Shown here: positions 9,821 to 19,843 of the stretch, in pieces | Layout: the number at the start of each line of letters is the position of its first letter | Position numbering within the stretch: position 1 is the first letter of the stretch | Source: Atribacterota bacterium | GTDB taxonomy: Bacteria > Atribacterota > Phoenicimicrobiia > Phoenicimicrobiales > Stramentimicrobiaceae | Assembly (NCBI GenBank): GCA_040767965.1 | Contig: JAXGNR010000007.1 | Location: forward strand, 122,110-186,109 | Direction of reading: 5' to 3' | Length of the DNA: 64,000 nt | Made by a program: the position numbers and the translations under genes | The notes under the pieces: model-generated | Told to the model about the DNA's origin: nothing | The model's input: only the letters and a program-made list of their open reading frames with translations | Database searches by the model: none

Positions 9821-11551
9821 TTAATTGCTAACTCTAACCAAATTAACATAAACAGAGGTAGCCTGGTTTGGGTAAACACTAATCTCATCCAACCATGTTC
9901 TGAAGCCATCTTTTATAACTGCTATTTCATAAATTCCCTGTTCTAAATCATCAATAATTCTGGTTTGATTAATAGAGGTGGTTGTTTTATAGACACCATT
10001 GATAAATATCCTGGCATTGTTTTCATTACAACTAATAGCTATTGAGCCGTTTCTCTGTTCTTGCTGCATTCTGATGTTGATGCTATTCGTTTGACCAGCA
10101 TTTATCCTGATAGATGAACTGAAATCTTGATACCCTTCTTTTGTTAATGTCAGTTTATAAGATCCCTCTTCAAGATCATTAATAATAATCCTCCTGTTGC
10201 TAGCTGTTCTCCCGTAGTAAATATCATCCAGATAAACCATAGCATTGTCCACATTACTAATTACTTCCAAATTGCCGGTTCTTAAAGCCCTTTCAAGATT
10301 TACATTTAATTGTACTCTCTGGTTAGGTCTTAATTGTATTGATTGTGACCATTCAATATATCCATCCAGGGTAATTCTAATATCATGGTACCCTTCCGGT
10401 ATATTCTCCAATAGAATATTTTTATTTCTTTCTGTTTGCCCTTTGTACTGTCCATCAAGATAAATTCTGGCATTATCTACATTTGAACGAATTACAATAC
10501 TGCCTGTCTGAACAATCCTGTCCATGTTTATATTTAGCTGTAATCTTTGGTTAGGCCTTACCTGGATCCTTTGGTTCCAATCCTGATAACCGTCTAATGT
10601 AACCATCAGGTCATGAAAACCGTCAGTTATATTATCCAGAATAACATTTGCATTTCTTTCAGTGCGCCCTTTGTATTGTCCATCAAGATAAATTCTGGCA
10701 TTTTCTACATTTGAACGAATTACAATACTGCCAAATTGCTGTATCATTTCTAGATCAGCATGCATAGTTGTAGCTCTATTAGGATTAATCCGAACTGTTC
10801 TGCTCCATGGTTGATAACCTGGAATCTCAACTCTCATCAGATATTCTCCAGCCCGGACCTGGTCTAAAGATAATGGAGTCTTCCCGGCATAACGATCACT
10901 TAGGTAAACATCAGCTCCTGATGGACTTGAACTTATTCTTAATTGACCATTTTCACTTCTTCTGTCAATTACCTGATAATGAATTGTTTCACTGCTGACC
11001 CATTCGTTTGAAGATAATCCTAATAAAATTCCCCTTATTCTTAATGTAAATCTGCTTATTCCTTGCTCTACTATTGGATTATTCTCACTGGAAAGCCTTC
11101 TTTCCAGTTCTCGGGTTAAAATAATTTGTTCAGTTGTTGCAAATCCCTGTATATATTCAATTCCTGGAAGAGAAGCTCTGTCAATAACACCATCAATAGA
11201 ATACTCCTGGTTAGCTCTTACATAATTATCTCTTTGAAATTGGTTTGGGAATAACATCCGAATATTACCACTGGCATCATAGCCGAAAATAGTTACATAA
11301 GAATTTTTTGTTGATCTAAAATAGACGCTAATTCTTTCCCCGGCAGAATAAGTAGCTCCGGCACCTTTATCCAGTCTCAAGGATAAAGTAAAATCTGGTC
11401 TGGGATTAATAATTTGAATGCTTCTTTTTAACTCTTCCTGGGCATTTCCTGCCAGCACTATTGAACTACTTATTAAAATAATCAATAGAAATATATAGAA
11501 ATATTTAAAAAACGAAACACTATTGTGTTCACTGTTATTTATTAGTTTCAT
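9821..11551 (-). CDS. Secreted DUF4384 + tandem PEGA-domain surface protein
   Basis: Signal/TM segment, Y..GE.I.V.FRS...YVTIFGYDASG...LFPN domain, then about five PEGA repeats (I.SN..NA.IYLDG.YKG.T...G.H.I.V...GY..W). Confidence 0.85.
   Translation of the reverse strand: MKLINNSEHNSVSFFKYFYIFLLIILISSSIVLAGNAQEELKRSIQIINPRPDFTLSLRLDKGAGATYSAGERISVYFRSTKNSYVTIFGYDASGNIRMLFPNQFQRDNYVRANQEYSIDGVIDRASLPGIEYIQGFATTEQIILTRELERRLSSENNPIVEQGISRFTLRIRGILLGLSSNEWVSSETIHYQVIDRRSENGQLRISSSPSGADVYLSDRYAGKTPLSLDQVRAGEYLMRVEIPGYQPWSRTVRINPNRATTMHADLEMIQQFGSIVIRSNVENARIYLDGQYKGRTERNANVILDNITDGFHDLMVTLDGYQDWNQRIQVRPNQRLQLNINMDRIVQTGSIVIRSNVDNARIYLDGQYKGQTERNKNILLENIPEGYHDIRITLDGYIEWSQSIQLRPNQRVQLNVNLERALRTGNLEVISNVDNAMVYLDDIYYGRTASNRRIIINDLEEGSYKLTLTKEGYQDFSSSIRINAGQTNSINIRMQQEQRNGSIAISCNENNARIFINGVYKTTTSINQTRIIDDLEQGIYEIAVIKDGFRTWLDEISVYPNQATSVYVNLVRVSN
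10438..10732. repeat. 67-bp direct repeat inside the PEGA gene (10438-10504 and 10666-10732)
   Basis: GCCCTTTGTAyTGTCCATCAAGATAAATTCTGGCATTwTCTACATTTGAACGAATTACAATACTGCC, 65/67 identical, period 228 bp. Confidence 0.9.
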
Positions 11552-11857
11552 TACTTTCCTCCTTATAAAATATTCTTTACTTACAGAACAATCACTATTC
11601 TTTTAGTATAAATTATATCATAGATTTATATCCATTCCTAATTCCTAATTCCTTTTTTTCTTTATTATTTATTAAAATATAATAAACTGTTATCAGGTAC
11701 TTATTTTTACAAATCCTATATTGTAAATATCTATAAATTTACAAAAATTATTTAATTTTTTTGTTTTTCAATAAGAGTATATGAAGAATATAGAGTAATG
11801 AATTTTCTGAAAGCCTTATTATTTAAGTAAAAACAGGCATTTTAAAAGATAAAATTA

Positions 11858-11886
11858 TTGACAAAGTCTTTTATTTTTACTATTCT
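11858..11886 (+). promoter_or_regulatory. Sigma70-type promoter for hup
   Basis: TTGACA-17 bp-TATTCT. Confidence 0.65.
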
Positions 11887-11972
11887 GAATGTAATGTTAT
11901 TTATGAATAACTTGATTATTTATAATTGCTTAAGTGATCTTTATTTTTCATTTAAGAAAGGAGGTGTTATTT

Positions 11973-12248
11973 TTGAATAAAAGCGAATTAATTGATAAAG
12001 TTGCATGCGACCGAGGTGTTACAAAAGCACATGCAAAAGCTGCAGTAGAATGTGTATTTGAAAGTATTGCTGAGGCATTAGCCAAAAAAGATTCTGTAAG
12101 GTTAGTTGGTTTTGGTACTTTTGGAGTAAGAGAAAGAGCTGCTAGGACTGCCCGTAATCCCAGGACAGGAGAAAACATTTCTTTACCAGAAGCAAGCGTC
12201 CCATTTTTTAAACCTGGTAAGGAGTTAAAGGAAAGAATTAACCAATAA
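11973..12248 (+). CDS. hup: HU family DNA-binding protein
   Basis: MNKSELIDKVA...VRLVGFGTF...RAARTARNPRTGE...PFFKPGKELKE; TTG start after AGGAGGTG. Confidence 0.95.
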   Translation: MNKSELIDKVACDRGVTKAHAKAAVECVFESIAEALAKKDSVRLVGFGTFGVRERAARTARNPRTGENISLPEASVPFFKPGKELKERINQ

Positions 12249-12276
12249 ATAAGCAGATAATAATTTATAATATTTT

Positions 12277-12318
12277 AAAAAACAGGTTTGCCAAATTTTA
12301 ACAAACCTGTTTTTTTTT
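12277..12318. terminator. Bidirectional terminator between hup and asp23
   Basis: AAAAAACAGGTTTG...CAAACCTGTTTTTTTT. Confidence 0.8.
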
Positions 12319-12332
12319 ATTGATATCAATTT

Positions 12333-12809
12333 TTAATTTTTATTATTTTTTTTGGATATCTGAATACCCATTACATTCACATCTACAGACTGGACAGCAA
12401 TTCCAGTATTTTTTTCTATCTCTTTTTTTAATAAAGATTGAATATTTTTTGCAACTTCAATGATAGTTGAACCATACTCAATTACCACGGAAATATAAGT
12501 TGACATAGTTTTATTATTAATCAAATCAACTTTTATTCCTTCTTCTGTTTCTTTCACACCAAGCAATGTCCCGATTCCGCTTTTGGAACCAGATACCAGG
12601 CCTACTACTCCTTTTGTATTTATAACAATTCGGCTTACGATATTTGCTAAAACTTCAGGTGCAATTTTTATTTCTCCCAGATCTTCCGTATTATCCTTAA
12701 TAACAATATCTTTTTTTAATTGAGATTTGCCGGTATTTTTATTTTTTTCTTCCTTAATTACAGTCTTTTCTTTTTCTTCTTTATAAGAAGAACTTTTCTC
12801 TTCTTGCAT
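12333..12809 (-). CDS. Asp23/Gls24 family envelope stress protein
   Basis: LGEIKIAPEVLANI...GV..L...GIKV...VVIEYG..I.EVAKNIQ...V.SVDVNVMGI. Confidence 0.88.
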   Translation of the reverse strand: MQEEKSSSYKEEKEKTVIKEEKNKNTGKSQLKKDIVIKDNTEDLGEIKIAPEVLANIVSRIVINTKGVVGLVSGSKSGIGTLLGVKETEEGIKVDLINNKTMSTYISVVIEYGSTIIEVAKNIQSLLKKEIEKNTGIAVQSVDVNVMGIQISKKNNKN

Positions 12810-12873
12810 AGCACTTTCTCCTTCATTTGCAACTTGCTAATTTAATGTATGTCTATAAATAATTATTTAAATA

Positions 12874-13134
12874 TCAACTGGGGGTGACCAAGAATTTTAT
12901 AGCTGTTCTTTCATCACCATCAATTTCAACATCCACAAATGCCGGGACACACACCAAATCGATACCACTAGTTGCAGTATAGCCCCTAGCAATAGCAATC
13001 GCTTTAACTGCTTGATTAACCGCCCCTGCTCCAATAGCTTGCAACTCCACTTTCCCTTCTTCTCTAATAACCCCAGCTAAAGCACCTGCAACAGCTTTTG
13101 GGCTGGATTTTGAAGAAACCTTCAATAATTCCAT
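12874..13134 (-). CDS. spoVS: Stage V sporulation protein S family
   Basis: LKVSSKSSPKAVAGALAG...QAIGAGAVNQAVKAIAIARG...ERTAIKF. Confidence 0.95.
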   Translation of the reverse strand: MELLKVSSKSSPKAVAGALAGVIREEGKVELQAIGAGAVNQAVKAIAIARGYTATSGIDLVCVPAFVDVEIDGDERTAIKFLVTPS

Positions 13135-13504
13135 TAAAACCTCCTAAACTATATCTCAACCGCTATACAGCTATCAAATTATTTCTTTATTGTTATATTT
13201 ATTCTAAGTTTATAATTTTACTTTATTTTTGTCTTTTAATTATAATTTGTGTTAGTTTTTTTCACCTCCTTTTTGTTAGGGCAAAATAGAAGGAAAATAT
13301 GGCAAGAAACAATATTTTTATTTTTTAAATGTTATAAAATAAAATAACAATTGACTTTAAGAGTTTGATTATTAGTATACTTTAAGTATGCTTTATGCTT
13401 AGATTATAACAAATTTATAATATAAAGAATAGAGATTAAATAAATTTATAATATAATAATGATATTTTCTAAGCCATACCCAATATCCTGATATTTTGAA
13501 TCTC

Positions 13505-14884
13505 CTAAATTTTATAATTTTTAATTATTTTTTTTAATTCATAATATTGTTGTTCATTGATGTTTGGCGAAAAATAAGGCATCAAGGCATCATTATGCAA
13601 AACAGGATCAACTGGTTCTTCCCACCCATATTCTAAAAGTGCTTCCCCCCAGATTTTAGTGCCTGGTATAGGAGAATATTTTGCCAAATATGGCTTTATG
13701 CCTGTTTTAAATACAAAATTAATAGAATCTAATACACTATTATATCTTTGACCCGGTAATCCTACCAACACATAAGCATTAACTTGCCTGCTGGAGAAAC
13801 CTGCATTTAATAAATTTTTTATTGCTTTTTCAAAATCAGCATTATTAATCTTACCACCTGTGTTTTCCTGAAAAACACAATCTGAACTTTCAAATCCAAG
13901 CCAGATGCTTTTAAAATTATTTGCATACATTAATTCTGCTGTATCCTTATCAATCAAAGCAGCATGTAAGGCATTAGGAGTGTGGAAGGATATTTTCAGG
14001 TTTAACTGCAGTAATTTTTGCATAATAGGAATGAAGTGCTTGCTGGAGTTAATCAATAACGCATCATCATAAAATACAAAATCTTTTACACCTCTTATAT
14101 CAAACCAATATTTTATCTCTGCTACTATTTTAGAAGGTTCGCGAAAATTTAAAACAGGATTAATCAAGTTTGATGCGCAATAACTACAGCTATAAGGACA
14201 GCCTATCCCGCTTACCAGACATATATAGTCTAAATTATGGTAGAGATCCCATGCTGGAAATGGATAACTATTAAAATTCTTTGCAATGTTTTTATCTGAG
14301 CAATTTTTTGAGTGTTTATGCAGAATATCTTCTAACAATTTTAATAATCTAATTATTGAAGATCCTTTTAAAGTATAATCAGCACCGGAATAATGTTGAG
14401 CATGCTCATTACAGAGAGTAGCATAAATTCCACCTAAAATTATTGGACTGCCAGGGAAAATGTCTTTTGCTAATTTAATAACTTCAAAAACTCCCGGATA
14501 CCAGTAAGTCATTACAGATGTAATTAAAATTGCATCAGGCTTATTTAGCTTTTTTAATTTGTTATAAAATATATTTTTTGTAATACCATATTGGTAATAA
14601 TTACGGGGAATAGACTTTAGAATTTTCGGCTTTTCTACTTTTTCTTTTTGAAAAGCTCCTGTTCCAAACCGTTTATTCCTAGAGGGTGTTTTTCCTTGCC
14701 ACCTTAATAGATCAGCATCATAACGATCCATGCAATCAATGAAATTAATCTGATAGCCTAGCTCTCTCAATATTGAAGCAATATACAGTAAACCCAAAGG
14801 TTTTGACCAAAAATCAAAAGCAGTAAAATCATATATCCAGGGATTGATAAGAAGAAGTCGGGGCTTTTTCCGAGATAAAAACAA
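13505..14884 (-). CDS. B12-binding-domain radical SAM protein
   Basis: LLINPWIYDF.A.DFWSKPLGLL, SVMTYWYPG, GGIYATL, GCPYSCSYC (CxxxCxxC), FYDDALL; likely TTG start at 14884 (ORF track starts at 14929). Confidence 0.88.
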   Translation of the reverse strand: MFLSRKKPRLLLINPWIYDFTAFDFWSKPLGLLYIASILRELGYQINFIDCMDRYDADLLRWQGKTPSRNKRFGTGAFQKEKVEKPKILKSIPRNYYQYGITKNIFYNKLKKLNKPDAILITSVMTYWYPGVFEVIKLAKDIFPGSPIILGGIYATLCNEHAQHYSGADYTLKGSSIIRLLKLLEDILHKHSKNCSDKNIAKNFNSYPFPAWDLYHNLDYICLVSGIGCPYSCSYCASNLINPVLNFREPSKIVAEIKYWFDIRGVKDFVFYDDALLINSSKHFIPIMQKLLQLNLKISFHTPNALHAALIDKDTAELMYANNFKSIWLGFESSDCVFQENTGGKINNADFEKAIKNLLNAGFSSRQVNAYVLVGLPGQRYNSVLDSINFVFKTGIKPYLAKYSPIPGTKIWGEALLEYGWEEPVDPVLHNDALMPYFSPNINEQQYYELKKIIKNYKI

Positions 14885-14966
14885 ATAAATCACCTTCTTT
14901 TGCTCTCTAAAATATATCCATGATAGCATTTTTTATAAAATTTTAAATAAGAAAACAAGATATTTT

Positions 14967-16697
14967 GTTAGTGTAAAATTTACTGGGGTACTTAAAGATA
15001 CTTTAAACTTGCTTACTAACATAAAAAAGGTGTAGACTTACCTAAAAATACCCATCAAAGTATCCTTTAAATAAAGGAGGTAAGACTACACCTATGGATA
15101 TTGATATGATAACCATAACTTTTCCCCAGGTCAAGGTAGAAATTCCAATAAAGGATCTCACCTTTGACACTCTGGAGAACCTGATCTTTGACATGATGCA
15201 AAAAATTGCCCAGATGGTCTTTACCAAAGTGCTCTCTGATATTGATGACTACCTGCGCAAGAACAGAAGACGTGGAAAACTGAAAAATACCGGTAAAAGA
15301 AGCAAAACCTTCTTAACCCGTTTTGGTGATGTCTCCTTTTCCCGCACCCGTTACCTTGAGAAGACCGGTAAAGCCCAATACCTGTTGGATGAGGCTCTTT
15401 CTACCATCAAAAACCAGCGGATCAGCCTTTCCCGTGCCATGACCGAGTGTTTACTTGCCAGCTTATCTTCCTACCGGGAAGTGGTAGGCCAAACCAAGCT
15501 TTTACTGGGTCATACCCGCAGCCATGAGTCTATACGCAAAAACGTACTATCTGAGGCTAGGCTGATCATCGAACATGAAAAAAAGAGACTACAGCAGCTG
15601 GAGAATCTGGATATTTCCGCAAAAGAAGCACCGGATGTTGTCTATACCGAAGCTGATGCCACCTATCTCAAACTACAGAAACCGGAAAAAGACAAAAAGC
15701 TGGAAGTCAAAATCGGGATCGGTTATTGTGGTAAGGAAAATCGTTATTCCAGCGGTAATTCCCAAAGACTGAAAGAAAAGTTCCTCTACCTGGGTACCGG
15801 CAAGAATTTTATGTATAACTTTAGCCTAAGAGCAGAAGAAGAACTAAACATCTCCCAATCTAAAAAGCAGTACTTCGGGGCAGACGGAGACAAGTGGATC
15901 ACCTCCGGAATCCGTGACTACTTCCCTTCTGCCACTTATCTACTTTGCCGTTTTCACCTGAACAAACGCCTCAAGGAAGCTCTTCCGGGCAATAAGACCC
16001 AGCAGAAGCTGATCAGAAGCTTACTTTTATCCGACCGGATTGATGAAGCCCTAGCCAGGATTGACAATCTCTTGGTAGTCTCTTCTGAGCCAAAACAGAA
16101 AAAGCTTTTGGCAGACTTTTACTCCTATATAGCGAACAACCGCCAGGGGATCAGTAATCAGGCAACTCTAAAGGACAAGGACATCGCCAAAACAGGAGCG
16201 ATTGAGTCCAATGTCAAACTGGCCATTGCTAACCGCTTTAAAAAGCAGGGCAGAAGCTGGAGCAAAAAAGGAGCATTCTCTTTACTGAAGGTAAAAGAAA
16301 CCATTCTAAATGGCAAGTGGGATTCCTGGTGGGGCAAAGAAAGGAACCATCCTATCAAGATAACACCACTTAAACCACCCTTATCAGCATCTTCTTTTAC
16401 CAAAGAAGTTTCTTCTTCCCCGGTAATCCAGGCTAAGATCCCGGCCTTGGATGGACCGAATCAGGATAAACCCTGGGTAGGTGTTTTAAGAAAATTATCT
16501 CAATTAGAGCTTGTGTAATTAAATAGAAAAAATTTAAAAAAGCATATTTCGTATTTATGACTGTAAATTAAATAAAAGAAGGGTATTTGATGTGTATTAA
16601 AACTAATATAGTCTTTTCAAATCTGTAAGGTAGCTCTGCCTTAAACCATAAACATTTTGGCAGTGGAAAAAAGTACCTACAAAAATTTGACACAGAC
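14967..16697 (+). mobile_element. Insertion sequence, ISLre2 family (about 1.73 kb)
   Basis: Imperfect terminal IRs GTTAGTGTAAAATTTACTGGGGTACTT (14967-14993) versus the reverse complement of 16671-16697 (19/27 match); flanking 9-mers AGATATTTT / AGATAATTT; visibly higher GC than the host. Confidence 0.8.
15094..16518 (+). CDS. UPF0236/ISLre2-type DDE transposase
   Basis: TRFGDVSFSRTRY, YTEADAT (D1), GADGDKWI (D2), CRFHLNK, GAIESNVK (E), RFKKQGRSWS..GA. Confidence 0.88.
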   Translation: MDIDMITITFPQVKVEIPIKDLTFDTLENLIFDMMQKIAQMVFTKVLSDIDDYLRKNRRRGKLKNTGKRSKTFLTRFGDVSFSRTRYLEKTGKAQYLLDEALSTIKNQRISLSRAMTECLLASLSSYREVVGQTKLLLGHTRSHESIRKNVLSEARLIIEHEKKRLQQLENLDISAKEAPDVVYTEADATYLKLQKPEKDKKLEVKIGIGYCGKENRYSSGNSQRLKEKFLYLGTGKNFMYNFSLRAEEELNISQSKKQYFGADGDKWITSGIRDYFPSATYLLCRFHLNKRLKEALPGNKTQQKLIRSLLLSDRIDEALARIDNLLVVSSEPKQKKLLADFYSYIANNRQGISNQATLKDKDIAKTGAIESNVKLAIANRFKKQGRSWSKKGAFSLLKVKETILNGKWDSWWGKERNHPIKITPLKPPLSASSFTKEVSSSPVIQAKIPALDGPNQDKPWVGVLRKLSQLELV

Positions 16698-16713
16698 AGA
16701 TAATTTCCATCAG

Positions 16714-16742
16714 TTGACAAAAGTTGAAAAAGGGTATAAAAT
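16714..16742 (+). promoter_or_regulatory. Sigma70-type promoter upstream of the trkAH leader
   Basis: TTGACA-17 bp-TAAAAT. Confidence 0.7.
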
Positions 16743-16897
16743 GCCCTCGAATAGTAAAACAAGATATCAAGAAAACATATTAAAATATTTTAAGAGGATC
16801 GTAGTGGTTAAAAAGTTCCATTTTTATCTTGTTATAAAACTAAACATTGGAATAATTTTTAACAATCTGATTGAAATTAAAGAGAATTTAATGATTG

Positions 16898-16926
16898 AGA
16901 AACCATTTATTAATGGTTTCTTTTTT
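16898..16926 (+). terminator. Intrinsic terminator in the trkA 5' leader
   Basis: AGAAACCATT-tatt-AATGGTTTCT followed by a T run. Confidence 0.7.
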
Positions 16927-17005
16927 AGCTTTAATAGGTAAAATAATTCTGGCATTTATATTATAAAATTCTTTAATTATCAAATTAAAGACAAGGGGAA
17001 TTTAT

Positions 17006-18355
17006 ATGAAAATTATTATTATAGGCGCTGGCAAGGTAGGCAGTCAAATAGCTCAAACTCTTTCAGCAGAAAACCATGATGTAACAATTATTGATAAAAG
17101 AGAAGATATTAGACAGGAATTAGATAACAACTTAGACATTATGACTGTCATTGGAAATGGTGCAAATGTAAGAATATTAGAAGAAGCTGGTATAAAAGAA
17201 GCTGATATGGTTATTGCTGTTACCCGTTCTGATGAAGTAAACATGATAGCTTGTATGACAGCTCAACAGTTTAATGTTGCCAAAAAAATTGCCAGAATCA
17301 GGAACACAGAATACATGTTTAGTAATTCCCTTTCTAAAGAAAAACTGGGAATAGATTTTGTAATAAATCCTGAAAAAGCTACCGCCAAAGAAATTGTTAA
17401 ATTACTAAAAACTCCCATAAATGTCAGTGAAGCACAGGATTTTGCCGGTGGTCGTATTTCTCTTTTTGGTTTAAAGATTGAAGAAAACTGGCATTTTGCA
17501 AACATGCAAATAAAAAATATTCGTTTTGGCCCAAATACATTGATAGTTGCAATTTATAGGGATAGTAAACTAATAATTCCTTCAGGAGATACTGCTATTT
17601 TGCCTGGTGATAAAATTTATATCTTAATTAAGAAAGAAGATTATGGTGACCTGGAGTTCATCTGTAATAAAAAATCCTGTTCTATGCAAAGTGTCCTTAT
17701 CCTTGGCGGAAGCAAGATTGGCATTCAAACAGCATCAATTTTAAATAAATTGGGTATAAAAACAAAACTTATAGAAATAAATAAGACAAAATGTGAGAAA
17801 ATAGCAGAAATGCTTCCTCAAACTCTTGTTATTAATGGAGACGGCACTAATATTGACCTGCTAAAAGAGGAAGGAATTGAAACAATAGATGGGTTTGTGG
17901 CTGTAACCGGATATGATGAAGAAAATTTGTTGGTTTCATTGCTGGCAGAACATCTTGGAACTAAGAAAGTGGTAGCAAAAATAAGCAGAACTAATTATAT
18001 TCCAATTCTAGAAAAAATTGGAATACATGCAGTTGTAAATCCAAGAATAACTACCGCCTCAGCTATATTAAAGTTTCTCAGACACGGAGAAGTCTTATCT
18101 TTAACGCTTATCAAAGAAGGAGAAGCTGAAATAGCAGAGCTGGTGGCTCAAAAAAATAGTAGAATTCTTGATAAACCTTTGAAGACTATTAGCCTACCCG
18201 ATAACACTATTCTTGGAGCTATTACAAGAGAGGGCAATGTAATCATTCCTCATGGTGAAGATTTTGTTTCAGAAGGAGATAAAGTCATAATATTTACTAA
18301 AACTGCTGATATAAAAAAATTAGAAAAACTATTTGATGGCAGGGAGGAAATCTAA
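17006..18355 (+). CDS. trkA: Trk K+ uptake NAD-binding subunit
   Basis: Two RCK_N (IIGAGKVG; ILGGSKIG) and two RCK_C domains, DEVNM, INPE, DEENL. Confidence 0.95.
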   Translation: MKIIIIGAGKVGSQIAQTLSAENHDVTIIDKREDIRQELDNNLDIMTVIGNGANVRILEEAGIKEADMVIAVTRSDEVNMIACMTAQQFNVAKKIARIRNTEYMFSNSLSKEKLGIDFVINPEKATAKEIVKLLKTPINVSEAQDFAGGRISLFGLKIEENWHFANMQIKNIRFGPNTLIVAIYRDSKLIIPSGDTAILPGDKIYILIKKEDYGDLEFICNKKSCSMQSVLILGGSKIGIQTASILNKLGIKTKLIEINKTKCEKIAEMLPQTLVINGDGTNIDLLKEEGIETIDGFVAVTGYDEENLLVSLLAEHLGTKKVVAKISRTNYIPILEKIGIHAVVNPRITTASAILKFLRHGEVLSLTLIKEGEAEIAELVAQKNSRILDKPLKTISLPDNTILGAITREGNVIIPHGEDFVSEGDKVIIFTKTADIKKLEKLFDGREEI

Positions 18356-18359
18356 CTAA

Positions 18360-19805
18360 TTGAAATATAAAGTTGTTCTTAATACTTTAGGCAGTTTAAT
18401 TTTCTTTTTAGGGATAAGTATGGTCTTTCCTCTATTTTATGCTTTTTACTATAAAGAGGAACATGCCATTTATGCTTTTATTTCTTCAATAATTATCACA
18501 TCTCTCTCTGGTTTGTTTTTACAGCAATCTTTTATACCTGAGAATGGTATTGGACGAAAAGAGGGATTTGCAATTGCAGGTTTAGGCTGGATCTTGGCAG
18601 CAGCCTTTGGTTCTTTTCCTTTTCTCTTTAGTGGTGTATTTACCAATTTTATTGATGCCTATTTTGAGTCTATGTCTGGCTTTACTACTACAGGTGCTTC
18701 TGTTATGACTGCAATCGAAGGCAATCCTCTATCTGTACTTTTTTGGCGTGGTCAAATTCAATGGATGGGAGGCATGGGTATTATTGTGCTGGTGGTTGCA
18801 ATTTTACCTGCCCTTGGTGTAGGAGGTATGCAGTTGTTTAAATCTGAAGTACCAGGCCCCGAACCAGATAAATTAAAGCCACGCATCAAAGAGACTGCAA
18901 AATTACTTTATCTTGTTTATGTACTTATTTCGGTACTACAGGTTGCTTGTCTTTATCTTACCGGAATGTCGTTATATGATGCTATTACTCATATGTTTGC
19001 AACTATGTGTACCGGTGGATTTTCACCAAAAAATCTGAGTGTAGGTTTTTACAATAACCCTACTTATGACATTATCATAATGATTTTCATGTTTATAGCC
19101 GGAGCGAATTTTACCCTTCATTATAAAGTATTGCATGGAGATCTTAAAAGCCTGTTTAAAGACAAAGAATTCCTATTTTATAGCGCTATTATTCTTCTAT
19201 CCACTTTGGCTATTACAACTCAATTACGGCTTTACATATACAACTCAATTGCTTCTGCTATTCGCTATGCTTCTTTTCAGGTTATCTCTATTACCACTAC
19301 CACTGGTTTTGTTACAGCAGATTACGACCAATGGCCTGCCCTTTCGAAAAATATTTTGCTAATATTGATGTTTGTAGGAGGCTGTGCCGGATCTACAGGC
19401 GGAGCAATAAAAAATATTCGAATTTTAATTCTTTTAAAAAAAGCAGGCCGGGAATTACAGAGAATATTACATCCTCGAGCTATTACCCCTATCCATATTG
19501 GTGATAAGAGAATTTCTGATGAAGTAGTAAATAATGTCAGTTCTTTTTTCCTTTTATATATGATTATATTTGTTATTTGTACCTTTATTATGACCGCCTT
19601 AGGCCTAGACATGATTAGCGCATTATCTTCAGTTGCAGCAACATTAGGCAATGTCGGCCCCGGGTTAGGCTTGGTCGGCCCATCTCAAAACTATGCTTTT
19701 ATCCATCCTATCGGAAAAATAGTTTTGTCTATTTGTATGCTTTTAGGTCGATTGGAAATATATACAGTCCTGGTTTTAGTGGTCCCTGAATTCTGGAAAA
19801 AATAA
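18360..19805 (+). CDS. trkH: Trk K+ uptake membrane subunit
   Basis: FESMSGFTTTGAS, QWMGGMGII, TGGFS, TTTGF, GGCAGSTGGAIK, GNVGPGLG, MLLGRLE. Confidence 0.95.
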   Translation: MKYKVVLNTLGSLIFFLGISMVFPLFYAFYYKEEHAIYAFISSIIITSLSGLFLQQSFIPENGIGRKEGFAIAGLGWILAAAFGSFPFLFSGVFTNFIDAYFESMSGFTTTGASVMTAIEGNPLSVLFWRGQIQWMGGMGIIVLVVAILPALGVGGMQLFKSEVPGPEPDKLKPRIKETAKLLYLVYVLISVLQVACLYLTGMSLYDAITHMFATMCTGGFSPKNLSVGFYNNPTYDIIIMIFMFIAGANFTLHYKVLHGDLKSLFKDKEFLFYSAIILLSTLAITTQLRLYIYNSIASAIRYASFQVISITTTTGFVTADYDQWPALSKNILLILMFVGGCAGSTGGAIKNIRILILLKKAGRELQRILHPRAITPIHIGDKRISDEVVNNVSSFFLLYMIIFVICTFIMTALGLDMISALSSVAATLGNVGPGLGLVGPSQNYAFIHPIGKIVLSICMLLGRLEIYTVLVLVVPEFWKK

Positions 19806-19843
19806 TTCTGCATCTGTAAGATCATATATATTTTAAAATATAT

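Noticed and set aside
10438-10732. Possible DGR template/variable repeat pair (both mismatches are A in one copy on the coding strand)
   Set aside because: Only two mismatches, both copies lie in frame within one gene at the PEGA period, and there is no reverse transcriptase in the window
12874-13134. Evidence for sporulation from spoVS and the SigF/G-like sigma
   Set aside because: SpoVS occurs widely in non-sporulating bacteria and no other sporulation genes are present here
16745-16926. c-di-AMP (ydaO), T-box or 6S RNA identity for the trkA leader
   Set aside because: I could not find the conserved motifs of these families by eye; kept only as an unknown leader
16568-16941. ORFs 16568-16762 (-) and 16657-16941 (+)
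   Set aside because: They straddle the IS end, promoter and terminator; no recognisable protein features
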